From NCBI RefSeq assembly GCF_009914755.1, contig NC_060930.1: a DNA stretch of 64,000 bases; one strand, given 5' to 3'. A program made the position numbers and the translations under genes. Below, piece by piece: positions 1 to 12,918 of this stretch. Each line of letters begins with the position of its first letter. The stretch's first letter is position 1. The notes under the pieces were generated by a model. That model was not told the DNA's origin, ran no database searches, and saw only the letters and a list, made by a program, of their open reading frames with translations. This stretch comes from the human T2T-CHM13v2.0 reference genome, Homo sapiens.

Positions 1-220
1 AAATTCAGCAATATCCTTTTAAATAACCCATGTGTCAAATGAGAAATTATGTTGGGGATTAGAAGATTGTTTGAACTGATTGATAATAGAAAACATTATA
101 AATGGGTGAGATGCGGCTAAAGAAGTGCTTACATGGAAAGTTATAGCTTTACATGCTTATGTTTAAAAAGAAGAAAGGTTTACCATCAATGACCTACTTC
201 TACTTTAAAAACCTAGACTA
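1..220 (+). mobile_element. Old L1 ORF2 fragment (just downstream of the endonuclease region)
   Basis: Motifs 'aaataacccatgtgtcaaa', 'gaaagttatagctttacatgcttat' and 'atcaatgacctac' resemble L1 ORF2; no open frame. Confidence 0.7.
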
Positions 221-1798
221 AAAACTTCTCTGGTTTCCATTGTAACATGTAAGGAGTTTGGAAGTCATTACTGCATCCTAACAACAAACAAAAAGCTGAA
301 AAGGGCCTGGAAAATAAAAACTTGTCTCAGATCTATCAGAGAAGTGAGGTCACAGGGCAAACTACTGTCCTAAAAATTAGAGAGACTGAATACAGAGAAT
401 TACAACTTAAAGGAGAAGAAACCCACAAGCAGAAACCTCCACAGGAACCAGTGCTGGGCTATATAAACCTAAACTCTAATTGACAAATTCTTAGAGCCTT
501 AGTGTAGAGAAATCTAAGAGTTAAAACACCATGGGAACCCAGTCATATGGGAACCCACACACCTTCATGAGTTTACCATTCAGAGATTGACCCTATTCTC
601 CCAGTAGATATTGAAGAAAAATCCTCTCATGCTTCTGTCAGGGGAAGGGGGAAAGTAATCATTTAAAAGTATACCAGAGCATGCCATTCTTCTTAACAAG
701 GCCTGTCCTCAGGAGAAACTATTTTTACCAGAGCCTAACCTATTGGAGTTTTTCAGAGCCCAACTGACTGAGGGAAAGGAAATATTCAACTCTACCCCAC
801 TCTAGCCATCCTCTTCTACCTAAAAGGGGAGAAAAGTGAGAAGCACATACAAACTTCACAGTCCAGAGGCACAGGCTCACTAAAACATTGAGTGCTCATC
901 ACAGTACTAAAGAAATCTACCCTGACCCACACTGTCCCACCACATCACTAAAGGCCTATTTACTGCAATTCCTTTTACCCAGTCCATGTTCACCTTTCAA
1001 CAAAGAAATTATAAAGCATACTTAGAGGCAAAATGTGCAGTTTGAAAAAAGTAAGCATCAGACCCAGAGTTGGATATAGCAGGATGTTGCAGTTACCAGA
1101 TTAGGAATTTTAAAAAATTATGATTGATGTGTTAAGGACTCTACTGGACAAAATAGAGAACATGTAAGAATGGATGCATGATGTAAGCAGAGTGATGGAA
1201 ATTCTAAGACAGAATAAAAAAGAAATACTAAAAAAAGAAATGCTAGAGATAAATAACCCTGTAACAGAAATGAAGAATGACTTTGGTGAGCTCATTAGTG
1301 GACTGGAGATAGCCGAGAAAAAAAACTGTGAGCTTGAGGATATGTCAGTAGAAACTTTCAAAACTGAAAAGCAAAGAGTAAAATACCAAAAACAATGAAA
1401 TGGAATATCTAAGAAATGTGATAAAACTACAAAAGGTGTGAATACATGTAACGGAAATATCAAGAGGAGAAAGAGCAAACAGAAGCAATAATTGAAGCAA
1501 TAAGGACACAGTTTTCCCCAAATTCCTGACAGATATCAAACCGCAGATCCCGGAAGCAGAGAGAATACCAAGCAGGATAAATGCAAAAAACAAACAAACA
1601 AACAAAAAATACCCAAACCAAAAAAAAGCCTATACCTAGGCATATCATATTCAAATTACAGAAATCAAAGACAAATTCTTGAAAGAAGTCATAGGAAAAA
1701 AATACCTTATCTTTAGAGAATCAAAAGTAAGAATTACATCCAATTTTCTCCAGGAATGCATGCAAGCATGAAGAGAGTAGAGTAAATTATTTATGGTG
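221..1798 (+). mobile_element. L1M (L1MC/L1MD-like) 5' region and decayed ORF1, first segment of a ~9 kb nested L1
   Basis: ORF 1174-1398 (EMLEINNPVTEMKNDFGELISGLEIAE) resembles the L1 ORF1p coiled coil. 'tacctaggcatatcatattcaaatt' is typical of L1M ORF1. Confidence 0.8.
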
Positions 1799-3710
1799 TG
1801 TATTAGTTCATTTCATGCTGCTGATAAAGACACACCCAAGACTGGGTAATTTATAAAGAAAAATAGGTTTAATTGACTCACATTCTATGTGGCTAGGGAG
1901 GCCTCACAGTGATGGTGGGAGGCAAAAGTCATGTCTTACATGCAGCAGAGAAGAGAAAATGAGAGCCAAGTGAAAGGGTTTCCCCTTATAAAACCATCAG
2001 ATCTTGTGAGACTTACTCACTACCATGAGAACAGTATGGGGAAAACTGTGTCCATGATTCAGTTACCTCCTATAGGGTCCCTCCCATGACACATGGGGAA
2101 TTATGACAGCTACAATTGAAGATATGAGATTTGGGTGGGGACACAGCCAAATCATATAATTCTGCCCCTGGCTCATCCCAAATCTCATGTTCTCACATTT
2201 CAAAACCAATCATGCCTCCTCAATGGTCCCCTAAAGTCTTAACTCATTTCAGCATTAACTCAAAAGTCTCATCTGACACAAGGCAAGTCCCTTCTGCCTA
2301 TGAGCCTGTAAAATCAAAAGTAAGTTCGTTACTTCCTAGATACAATGAGGGTACAGGCATTAGATAGATACACCCATTCCAAATAGAAGAAATAGGCCAA
2401 AATGAAGGGGCCAAAGGCCCCATGCAAGTCTGAAATCCAACAGGACAGTCAAATTTTAAAGCTCCAAAATGATCTCCTTTGACTTCATGTCTCACATCCA
2501 GGTCAGACTGATGCAAGATGTGGGTTCCCATGGTCTTTGGAAGCTCTGCCCCCATAGCTCTACAGGGTACAGGCTCCCTCCCAGCTGCTTTCACAGGTTG
2601 GTGTTGAGTGTCTGTGGCTTCTCCAGGCACATGGTGCAAGCTGTCAGTGGATCTACCATTCTGGGGTCTGGAGGACAGTGGCCCTCTTCTCACAGCTTCC
2701 TTAAGCAGTGCCCCACTGGGGACTCTGTGGGGGCTTCAACCCCACATTTTCCTTCTGCACTTCCCTAGCAGAGGTTCTTCATGAGGGATCATCCCTGCAG
2801 GGAACTTCTTCCTGGACATCCAGGAGTTTCCATACATCCTCTAAAATCTAACCGGAGGTTCCCAAACCTCAATTCTTGACTTCTGTGCACCCGCAGGCTC
2901 AACACCATGTGGAAGCTGCCAGGGCTTGGGGCTTTCACCCTCTGAAGCCACGACCTGAACCATACCTTGACCCCTTTTAACCACGGCTGGAATGGCTGGG
3001 ACACAGGGCACCAAGTCCCTAGGATGTACACAGAAGAGGGGCCCTGGGCTCCACCCGCAAAACCATTTTTTCCTCCTAAGACTCTAGACCTATGATGGGA
3101 GGGTCTGCTGCAAAGGTCTCTGACATGCCCTGGAGACATTTTCCCTATTGTCTTGGTGATTAACATTTGACTCATTATTACTTATGTGAATTTTTGCAGC
3201 TGGCTTGAATTTCTCCTCAGAAAATGGGATTTTCTTTCCTATTGCATTGTCAGTCCTCCAAACTATTCCAACTTCTGTCTGTTACCCAATTCCAAGGTCA
3301 CTTCTGCATTTTTGGGTATCTTTTCAGGAGCATCCCACTCTACTGGTACCAATTTGCTGTATTAGTCTGTTCTCATGCTGCTGATAAAGACATACCCAAG
3401 ACTGGGCAATTTATAAAAGAAAGAGGTTTAATGAACTTACAGTTCCATGTGCCTGGGGAAGCCTCACAATCATGGTGGAAGGCAAGGAGGAGCAAGTCAC
3501 CTCTTACATGGATGGCAGTAGGCAAAAGAGAGAGCTTGTGCAGGGAAACTCCCCTTATAATATGGTCAGATCTTGTGAGACTTATTCACTATTATGGGAA
3601 CAGCACAGGAAAGACCTGCCCCCATTATTCAATTACCTCCCACCATATCCCTCCCACAACATATGGAATTCAAGATGAGATTTGGGTTGAGACACAGCCA
3701 AACTATATCA
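1799..3710 (-). mobile_element. THE1 (ERVL-MaLR) element, chimeric: THE1B-type LTR 1799-2158, internal region 2159-3357 (internally deleted), THE1A-type LTR 3358-3710
   Basis: Both LTRs start 'tgtattagt' and end near 'gacacagccaaa...ata(t)ca'. Between them is THE1-int sequence (e.g. 'ttttaaagctccaaaatgatctcctttgac'). Confidence 0.93.
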
Positions 3711-4760
3711 GTGCATTAAGGATTGTCATGTCTTTATGGGGTATTGACCCTTTTATCATTTTGTTATGTCCCTCTTTATCCCTGATAACTTTCCTTGTTC
3801 CGAAATTTGCTTTGTATGGAATTACATAGCTACTCCTGCTTTCTTTTGATTGGTGTTAGCATAATTATCTTCACTCGTTTTCTTTTAATCTATATGTGTC
3901 TTTATATTTAAGATGAGTTTTTTGTAGACAACAATAGTTTGGCCTTCTTTTTTGATCCACTTTGATATATATATTTTAATCAGTGTATTTAGACCATTGA
4001 GTTTTAAAATGATTGTCAATGGATCTGGACTCATATCTACCATATTTGTTAATGTTTTCTATTCATTTACCTTGTTCTTATTTTGTCTTCTTTTCTGTTT
4101 CTGCCTTTTGTGGTTTTAAGTGAGCATTTTATATGATTTCATTTTCTCTCCTTTCTTAGCATAACACTTGTACTTCTTTTTGTACTTTTTAAAGTGATTC
4201 TCTTAGTTTGTAATATACATTTACAACTAATCCAAGTCCAATTTCAAATAACACTTTACCACTTCATATTATTACCAGTACTTTGTAATAAAATATTCCA
4301 AACTTCTCTCTCCCATACCTTATATTATTGTTGTCATTTATTTTACTTATACATAAGCATACATAAGTATCATAAGCTTAAATATATCTATATCTATACA
4401 TATGTACCCACATAAGCATACATAATAAAATATATAGATTTTTTAAGCAAACTACTATGTTAGATCAATTAAGAATAAGAAAAAATAAAAGTTTGCATTT
4501 TACTTCCACTTATTTCTTCTTGATGCTGTTTTTCTCTTTTCATAGATGAGAGTTTCTGAACTATATCATCTTCTTCTCTCTGAAGAACTTCTCTTAATGT
4601 TTTTGCAAGGCACTCCTAGCAACAAATGCACTCCATTTTTGTTTGCTGAGAAAGTCTTGATTTCTCTTTCACATTTTCTTTTCTTTTAATTCTTCACTTT
4701 TGAAAGATAATTTCACAAGGTACAGAATTATAGGTGGTGGTGGGGTTTCTCTTAACATCA
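3711..4760 (-). mobile_element. Inverted middle segment of the host L1M (ORF1 end, inter-ORF region, ORF2 start)
   Basis: The T-rich plus strand is antisense L1. Its reverse complement continues the L1 broken at 1798 and joins the L1 that resumes at 5821. Confidence 0.88.
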
Positions 4761-5820
4761 TGATATGATTTGGTTGTGTCCCCACCCAAATCTTATCTTG
4801 AATTGTAGCTCCATGAGCGGGGCTCTCATGAAGAATCTATGCTAGGGCAGTGAGGAAGGGAAATGTGGGGTTGAAGCCCCCACACAGAGTTCCTCCTGGG
4901 GCACCACCTAGTGTAGCTGTGAGAAGAGGGCCACCGTCCAGACCCCAGAATGGTAGATCCACCAACGGCTTGCACCATGTGTCTGGAAAAGCCACAGACA
5001 TTCAACACCAGACCATGAAAGCAGCTGGGAGGGAGGCTGTACCCTGCAAAGCCACAGGGGCAGAGCTGCCCAAGACCATGGGAACCCACCTCTTGCATCA
5101 ATGTGACCTAGATATGAGCCATGGAGTCAAAGGAGATCATTTTGGAGCTCTAAGATTTGACCACCCCGCTGGATTTTGGACCTGCATGGGGCCTGTAGCC
5201 CCTTTGTTTTAGCCCATTTCTCCCATTTGGAATGGCTGTATTTACCCAATGCTTATACCTCCATTGTATCTAAAAAGTAACTAACATGCTTTTGATTTTA
5301 CAGGCTCATAGGCAGAAGGGACTTGCCTTGTCTCAGATGAGACATTGCACTGTGGACTTCTGAGTTAATACTGAAGTGAGTTAAGACTTTGGGGGACTGT
5401 TGGGAAGGCATTACTGGTTTTCAAATGTGAGGACATGAGATTTGGGAGGGGCCAAGGGTGGAATGATATGGTTTGGCTCTGTGTCGCCACCCAAATCTCA
5501 TCTTGAATTCCCACATGTTGTGAGAGGGACCCAGTGGGAGGTAATTGAATCATGGGGGCAGGTCTTCCCCATGCTGTTCTCGTGATAGTGAATAAGTCTC
5601 ACAAGATCTGATGATATTATAAGGGGAGTTTCCCTGCACAAGCTTTCTCTTTTTGCCTGCTGCCATCCATGTAAGATGTGACTTGCTCCTCCTTGCCTTC
5701 TACCATGATTGTGAGGCTTCCTCAGCCGTGTGGAACTGTAAGTCCATTAAACCTCTTTCTTCTGTAAATTGCCCAGTCTCAGGTCTGTCTTTATCAGTAG
5801 TGTTAGAGCAGTCTAATACG
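4761..5820 (+). mobile_element. THE1 (ERVL-MaLR) element, chimeric and deleted: ~50 bp THE1B-type 5' LTR stub, 3' part of internal region (~4815-5463), THE1A-type LTR 5464-5820
   Basis: 'tgatatgatttggttgtgtccccacccaaatc' at 4761, THE1-int sequence, and a complete LTR 'tgatatggtttggc...gtctaatacg'. Confidence 0.92.
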
Positions 5821-6394
5821 TGCACATAAAAACAGAGTGTCAAAATATGTAAGCAAAAACTGATACAAGTGCAAGGAGAAATAGTTAAATCCAGTATTAT
5901 TATTGGAGATTTTAACACACCCCTCTATTAGAAATGGACAGGTCCAGTAGGCAAGAAGATCAGTAACAACAGAGTTGAACTCAACAACACCATCAATCAA
6001 CTGGTTATAATGGATATCTATTGACTACTTCATCTAACAACAGCAGAATACACATTCTTCCAAGCTTACATGGAACATTCACCAGTATAGAACATATTCT
6101 GGGCCAAAAAACACATACCTTAACAAATTTGAAGGAATAGGAATCATACAATCAATGTCTTCTCTCAGACTGCAATAAAATTAAACTAGAAATCAAAAAC
6201 AGGTAGTTGGAAAATCCCCACATACTTAGAGATTAAACAACATACTTCTAAGTAACACATAGGTCAAAGAAGAAATCTCAAGATAAAATTTTAAATACTT
6301 TGAACTAAATGAAAATGAAAACACAACTTATGAAAACTTGTGGGATGCAGCAAACATCTCACAAGTTTTTAAAATGCGTAAAGGGAAATATACA

Positions 6395-7419
6395 CAGTAG
6401 TACTTCCTCATTTGCAGTTTTACTTTTTGTGGTTTCAGTTATCTGTGGTCAACTACAGTCTGAAAATATTAAGTGAAAAATTCCAAAAATAAACAATTCT
6501 TAAGTTTTAAATTGAATACTGTTCTGAGTAGCATGATAAAATCTCTTGCCTTCCCACTTCATCCCCTATGAGATGTAAATCCTCCTTTGTTCACCTTATA
6601 TACATTCACTACCTGGCCATTAGTCATTTAGTAGCAGTCTTTTTTTTTTTTGAGACAGGGTCTCACTCTGTCACACAGGCTGGAGTGCAGTGGCACTGTC
6701 TTGGCTTACTGCAACCTCTACCTCCTGTGTTCAAGTAATTCTCCTGCCTCAGCTCTGCCCCCCTCCCCCCAGCCCCCCACCGTCCCTGAGTAGCTGGGAT
6801 TACAGGCAGGCCACCATGCCTGGCTAACTTTCGTATTTTTTGGTAGAGGCGGGGTTTCACCATGTGAGCCAGGCTGGTCTCGAATTTCTGGCCTCAAGTG
6901 ATCTGCCTACCTCAGCCTCCTGGAGTGTTGGGAATACAGGCGTGAGCAGTCTTGGTTATTAGATTGACTATTGTGATATGACCGTGCTTGTGTTCAAGTA
7001 ACCCTTATTTTACTTAATGGCTCCAAAGCACAAAAGTAGAAATGCTGGCAATTCAGATATGAAGGAAGCCATAAAGTACTTCCTTTAAGTGAAAAGGTGA
7101 ACATTCTTGACTTAATAAGAAAAGAAAAAAATTATATGCTGAACTTGCTAACATCTACGGTAAAAATGAATCTTCTATCCACGATATTGTGAAGAAGGAT
7201 AAAAAAATTCATGCTAGTTTTGTTGTCACACCTCATGCTGCAAAAGTATGGCCACTGTAAGTGCCTAGTTAAGATGAAAAAAGCGTTACATTTTGTGGCT
7301 GGAAGACAGAAATAGAAACATATTCTGATTTACAGCATTTAGGCTGGGTACTATCCAAGGTTTCAGGCATCCACTGGAAGTCTTGGAACATAGCGCCTGT
7401 GGATAAGGGGAAACTACTG
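6395..7419 (+). mobile_element. MER44 (Tigger7-derived TcMar DNA transposon) inserted in L1 ORF2
   Basis: Termini 'cagtagtac...' and '...ggataaggggaaactactg' followed by TA. Interior matches MER44 ('ggtttcagttatctgtggtcaac', 'ggtttcaggcatccactgg'). Orientation is from recalled consensus. Confidence 0.8.
6640..6947 (-). mobile_element. Alu (older S/J type), slightly 5'-truncated, nested in MER44
   Basis: Poly-T followed by 'gagacagggtctcactctg'; TSD-like 'agcagtctt' on both sides. Confidence 0.93.
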
Positions 7420-8833
7420 TAGTATTGAATGCATATATTAGGAAAGCAGAAAGATCTAAAATCAATCATGCAAGCTTTTACCATAGAAAACTAGAGAAAG
7501 GGCAAATTAATCCAAAGTAAGCACAAGAAACAATAAATATTAGAGTAGAAATTAAAGAAATTGAAATAGGAAATCAATAGGGAAAATTTTTGAAACCAAA
7601 AGCTGGGTCTTTGAAAAGATAACAAAACTGATAAGCTTCTAGCCAGGCTAGGAAAAAGAAGGGCACAAATTACTACTTTTGGAAGGAGGAGATTTCACTT
7701 CAGAGCCCATGGACATTGGAAGGATAATAAAGGAATACTATGAATAATTCTGTGCCCACAAATTTGATAACCTAGGGGAAATAGATGAATTTCTTGAAAA
7801 ATAAAATCTGATAAAACTCACACAAGAAGAAATAGACAATCCAGATAGGCCTAGATCTATTAAAGGAATGGAATTAATAATTAATAACCTTCCAAAACAG
7901 AAACCATGAGACCCTGATCAGTTCACTAGTAAATTCTACCAAATACTTAAGGAACAAATTATATCAATTCTCTACAGTCTTTTCTAAAATATAGAGGCAT
8001 ATGGAATATTTACTAACTCATTCTATGAGGCCAGCTTCACCATAATGTCAAAATCAGACAAAAACATTATGAGAAAAGATCAATATTTCTTATGAATATA
8101 GACACAAAAGTCCTCAACAAAATATTAGCAGACTGAATCAAGCAATGTATAAAAATAATTATATTCCATGACTAAGTGGGATTTATCCCAGGTATGCAAG
8201 GTTGGCTCAAATTTGAAAATCAATTACTGCAATCCATCACATCTACAGACTAAGGAAGAAAAATGACATGGTTATATCAAGAGATGCAGAAAAAGCATTT
8301 GTCAAAATACAACACCTATTTGTAATAAAAACTCAGCTAGAATTTTAGAGGGGAACTCCCTCATCCTGATAAAGAACATCTACAAAACCCCTACAACTAA
8401 CATAAGACTTAATGGCAAGAAACTAAAAGCTTTTCTACTCAGATCAGGAACAAGACAAGGATGTTCCTTCTCACCACTTCTTACATTTTACTGGAAATCC
8501 TAGCTAACACAATAAGACATGAAAAGGAAATAAAAGATATATTGATCGAGAAGAAATAAATAAAACAGTCTTTGTTCATGGATAATATGATTGTCGAGGT
8601 AAAAAATCTGAAGAAATCAACAAAACAATTCCTGGAACTGATATGTGATTATAGCAAGATTGCAGGATACAAGGTTAATGTACAAAATTTAATGTCTTTT
8701 CCATATGCCAGAAATGAAAAAGTGGAATTTGAAATTAAAGACAAAAATCCTTTCAGATTAGTGCATCCCCAAAATGAAATAGTTAAGTACACATCCAACA
8801 AAATATGTACAAGATCTATATGAAAAAAAACTA

Positions 8834-9236
<403 letters not shown>

Positions 9237-9451
9237 TCATTTCCTCCCACATTGATCTACAGATTCAATGAAATTCCAATTAAAATCCTGACAAGTTATT
9301 TTGCAGGTATCAACAAACAGATTCCAAAGTTTCTGTGGAGAGGCAAATAACCTGAAATAGACAACAAAATATTGAGTGAAGTTGGAGTACTGACATTATT
9401 CAACTAGGTTACAAATGAAATGGGAAAACAGTTTCATAGTTGGCTTTGTTC

Positions 9452-9515
9452 TATAGTTTACATTAGGGTTAACTCTAAGTGTTGTACATTCTGTGGGTTT
9501 TGGAAAATGCATAAT
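9452..9515 (-). mobile_element. Short L1MC/L1MD-like 3' UTR fragment
   Basis: 'atagtttacattagggttaactc...gttgtacattctgtgggtttt' resembles the antisense L1MC/MD 3' end. Confidence 0.55.
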
Positions 9516-9785
9516 ATGCTGTTTTGGTGAAACCAAAAGCAGTAAGTGAGCAATATATGCCTTAGCAATCTATCTTTATTAATTCACATATTTAGAGCTG
9601 ACTTATTCATATAAAGCTTTGCTTCTTATAAGAAATAACTGGCTTTCTCTTTAAAATAAGCTGAAGCTGTGTGAGATTGTATAAAACATTATATATTGAC
9701 TAATAGGGAAAAACTTTCTTGTGTATACAGGATTTTGTAATTAAGGTTGAAAATGTAATCTTTAAACCTGAAAGGCTTAAAAAAA

Positions 9786-11001
9786 TTTTTAGCCCCCACA
9801 TGTAAAGTGAAAATGTGATGTTTGTCTTTCTGTGCCTGCTTTATTTCATTCAGCATGAGTTCCATCATGCTCATTCATGCTGCCTCAAATGACAAGATTT
9901 TATTATTTTTATGCCTAAATATTATTCAATTGTGTATATATACCACATTTTCTTTATCCATTCATCCTTTGATAGACAGTTAGGATGATTTTATATCTTG
10001 GCTATTGTGAATAGTGCTCCAATAAACATGAGAGTGCAAATATTTCTTTGACATACTGATTTCATTTCCTTTGGACACATACCCAGTAGTGGGGTTGCTT
10101 GATCATATGGTATTTCTATTTGGAGTTTTTTGAGGAAACATCACACTGTTTTTTATAATGGCTGTACTAATTTGCATTCTTATCAACAGTGTAAGAGTTC
10201 CCTTTTCTTTGCATCCCACTTGCGTTTGTTATTATTTGTCTTTTTCATATGAATAATAGCCATTTTAACTGGGGTGAGATAATATCTTATTGTGGTTTTG
10301 ATAGGCATTTTCCTTATGATTAGTGATGTTGATCGTTTTTTATTATACCTGTTGGCCATTTGTATGTCTTCTTTTGAGAAATGTTCATCCAGGTCCTTTG
10401 CCCACTTTTTGATCAGGTCATTTGTTTTCTTGCTACTGAGTTGAGTTCCTTAAATATTTTAGATATCAACCCCATATCAGACATATAGTTTGATAATATT
10501 TTCTCCCATTCTATAGATTGTCTCTTTATTCTGTTGATTGTTTCCTTCTCCGTGCAGAAAATTTTTAGTTTGGTATAATCCCGTTTGTCTATTTTTGCTT
10601 CTGTTGCCTGTGCTTTTGAGGTCTTACCCAAGAAATGCTTGCCCAGACCAATGTCCTGAAGCCTTTCCCCAGTGTTTTTTCTAGTAGTTTCACAGCTTCA
10701 GGTCTTACATTTAAGTCTTTAATCCATTTTGATTTTATTTTTATATATTATGAGAGAAAGAAATCTGATTTCAAATTTCTGATTTCTTTTGCATTTAGAT
10801 ATCTAGTTTTACAGCACCATTTATTGATGAGACTGTTCTTTCCCTTATATATTCTTGGTGCCTTTGTTAAACATGATTTGGTTGTACATGTCTGGATTTA
10901 CTTCTGAGTTCTCTATTCTTTTTCATTGGTCTATGTGTCTGTTTTTGTGTCAGTACCATGCTGTTTTGGTTACTATAGCTTTGTAGTATATTTTGAAGTC
11001 A
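9786..11001 (-). mobile_element. L1MA 3' ORF2 / 3' UTR fragment
   Basis: ORF 10413-10631(-) (KTSKAQATEAKIDKRDYTKLKIFCTEKETINR) matches the L1 ORF2 C-terminal region. Confidence 0.9.
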
Positions 11002-11236
11002 TAAAGCCTATGCAACTATTATCAATCTGGGCACATGGATGGCATTCAATATACATTTTTTCTTTCTTAAGAGTCATTCAATCATCAAAATTTGGGAAGT
11101 TTTTGGTAAATATAGGACTTTAACTTTTGTGAAAGTTAAAAAAGCAAAAGAAGATCTTCCCCCAAATAAGAAAGGATCTAGTGTTGGAGAGAACAGAAAC
11201 ACAGCTGAAAATATTCATGAAAAGATGTGGAACGTA

Positions 11237-12437
11237 AGCTCAGGGTCAACCAAGGATATTAATCAGACTATTAAATGTATTCTCTTCTAATTAGATCTGA
11301 AGTGTGTTTACCCTGCTTAAAAAAGTGGACCAGCTGATAAGTACCAAACAATTCTGGAGCGATATAAAGAGAGGCATCACCCAAAGAAGGTCATGAGTTC
11401 ACTGGAAAAATGAAGTAACACTGTTGTCATGAGTGGCCACAGTAATAGCCAGAAGAGATTGAATGTGCCTTAAGTTTAAGGATAAAAATGTAATTGTGAT
11501 GGGAGGTTGGAGAGGAAGCTAGGCCTGTAGCCAAAGTATGGAAAAAAAAAAAAAAGGAAATACAGACAAAGGTAGCAATAGAGTTGGGTGATTTAGGAAG
11601 CTAGGTCTGTGAACAAAGGGAATGTACCAGGTTCCTCCCTTCATGCGGTGCCCAGGGAACACTTTCCAGGGCTCAAGTGCCCTCTAAAGGCATCACTCTG
11701 CCAGGTTGGACTCAGAGCCAAATGTAATTGTGCTGCTCTCTTCCATTCAAGTAGGTGCCTTTGTTTAACATAAGTGACCACTTTTAAAGAGCTCAGTCTT
11801 CTTGGTTCCACTCTTGAACTTTCAGTGTTATCAACAAAAACCTGTTTTGTTTTCGCATTTTCCCCTCAGTGCCTTAGCATGGTGTCCCAAACACTTCTTG
11901 ATGATTTTTAATACTTGGATTATACACATAATGCCCTTCTCAATCTCCCTTTTACTTCCCCTCAAATAAAATAAAAAATTTAAGATACTGCATTCCTGAG
12001 TCCAAGGATTGTTACAGTTGTCACCCCCAAAATTAGGACAATAATCACACAAATTACAATTCTTCTATTCAGAACATAAATCTGATATTCTTGAGCTCAT
12101 TTGATAAATATTAAGTATCCTCATATGGTTTCTGGTTTACATACATTTGCCATGTATAATATCCATAAGCCATTCTGGGTGTGTGTCCCTATTTTATAAT
12201 CTCTAGTTGGGAGGGAGAGCACCAAGCCTTTAAATTACGATCTCATGCAGAATAACAGCTCAGGGTCAACCAAGGATAATGATCAGACCATTAAATATGT
12301 TCTCTACTGTTCGGATCTGAAGTGTGTTGACCCTCTTAAAATAGTGGACCAGATGATAAGTACCAAACACTTCTGGAGGGATATAAAGAGAGGCATCACC
12401 CAAAGAAGGTCATGAGTTCACTAGAAAAATGAAGTAA
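11237..12437 (+). repeat. Dispersed direct repeat, ~181 bp, copies at 11237-11418 and 12257-12437
   Basis: Both copies run 'agctcagggtcaaccaaggata...ggcatcacccaaagaaggtcatgagttcact.gaaaaatgaagtaa'; roughly 85-90% identical by eye. Confidence 0.95.
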
Positions 12438-12918
12438 AACTTATTCATTTCATGTCAGCTGCTAAAGGATGTGCTGCAGGGTGTAGGGTGTGGCTTAACT
12501 GATTACCCATTACGGTGATCCTAATAGTTTTCATCAATGAGAATATTGTCACCGAATCTTAGCATTTTTGAAATGAAATGTTGTGGCTCTATTATGTAGT
12601 TCTTTTTGCCAGTCTCTGAAATCAGTTTTTTAAATAACTTACCTCTAAACTCTCGCTCTGCATTTCCTTTTGTTTCCTGGATGTGAATGTGGATTCATTG
12701 GTAGATGTTAGGCAAAGGCTAACTTATCAGTCATTTCTAGGCTCTTCAAGGTGAAGCAATGCCCACAGACAGTCTTAGAAGGGAATTCTGTTCTCTCCTT
12801 TCCTTATTTATTCAAAGACTTTCAGATTGTATTTCACTATTACTAGAGAATTCTTTAGTAAAGCTGGATGGATTCTTCAATGCATTGGGAACATTCATTC
12901 ATGGAAATTGGCTCTATT

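Noticed and set aside
3224-3829. Longest ORF in the track (201 aa)
   Set aside because: It runs across antisense THE1-int, an LTR and inverted L1. It is a chance chimeric frame with no gene features.
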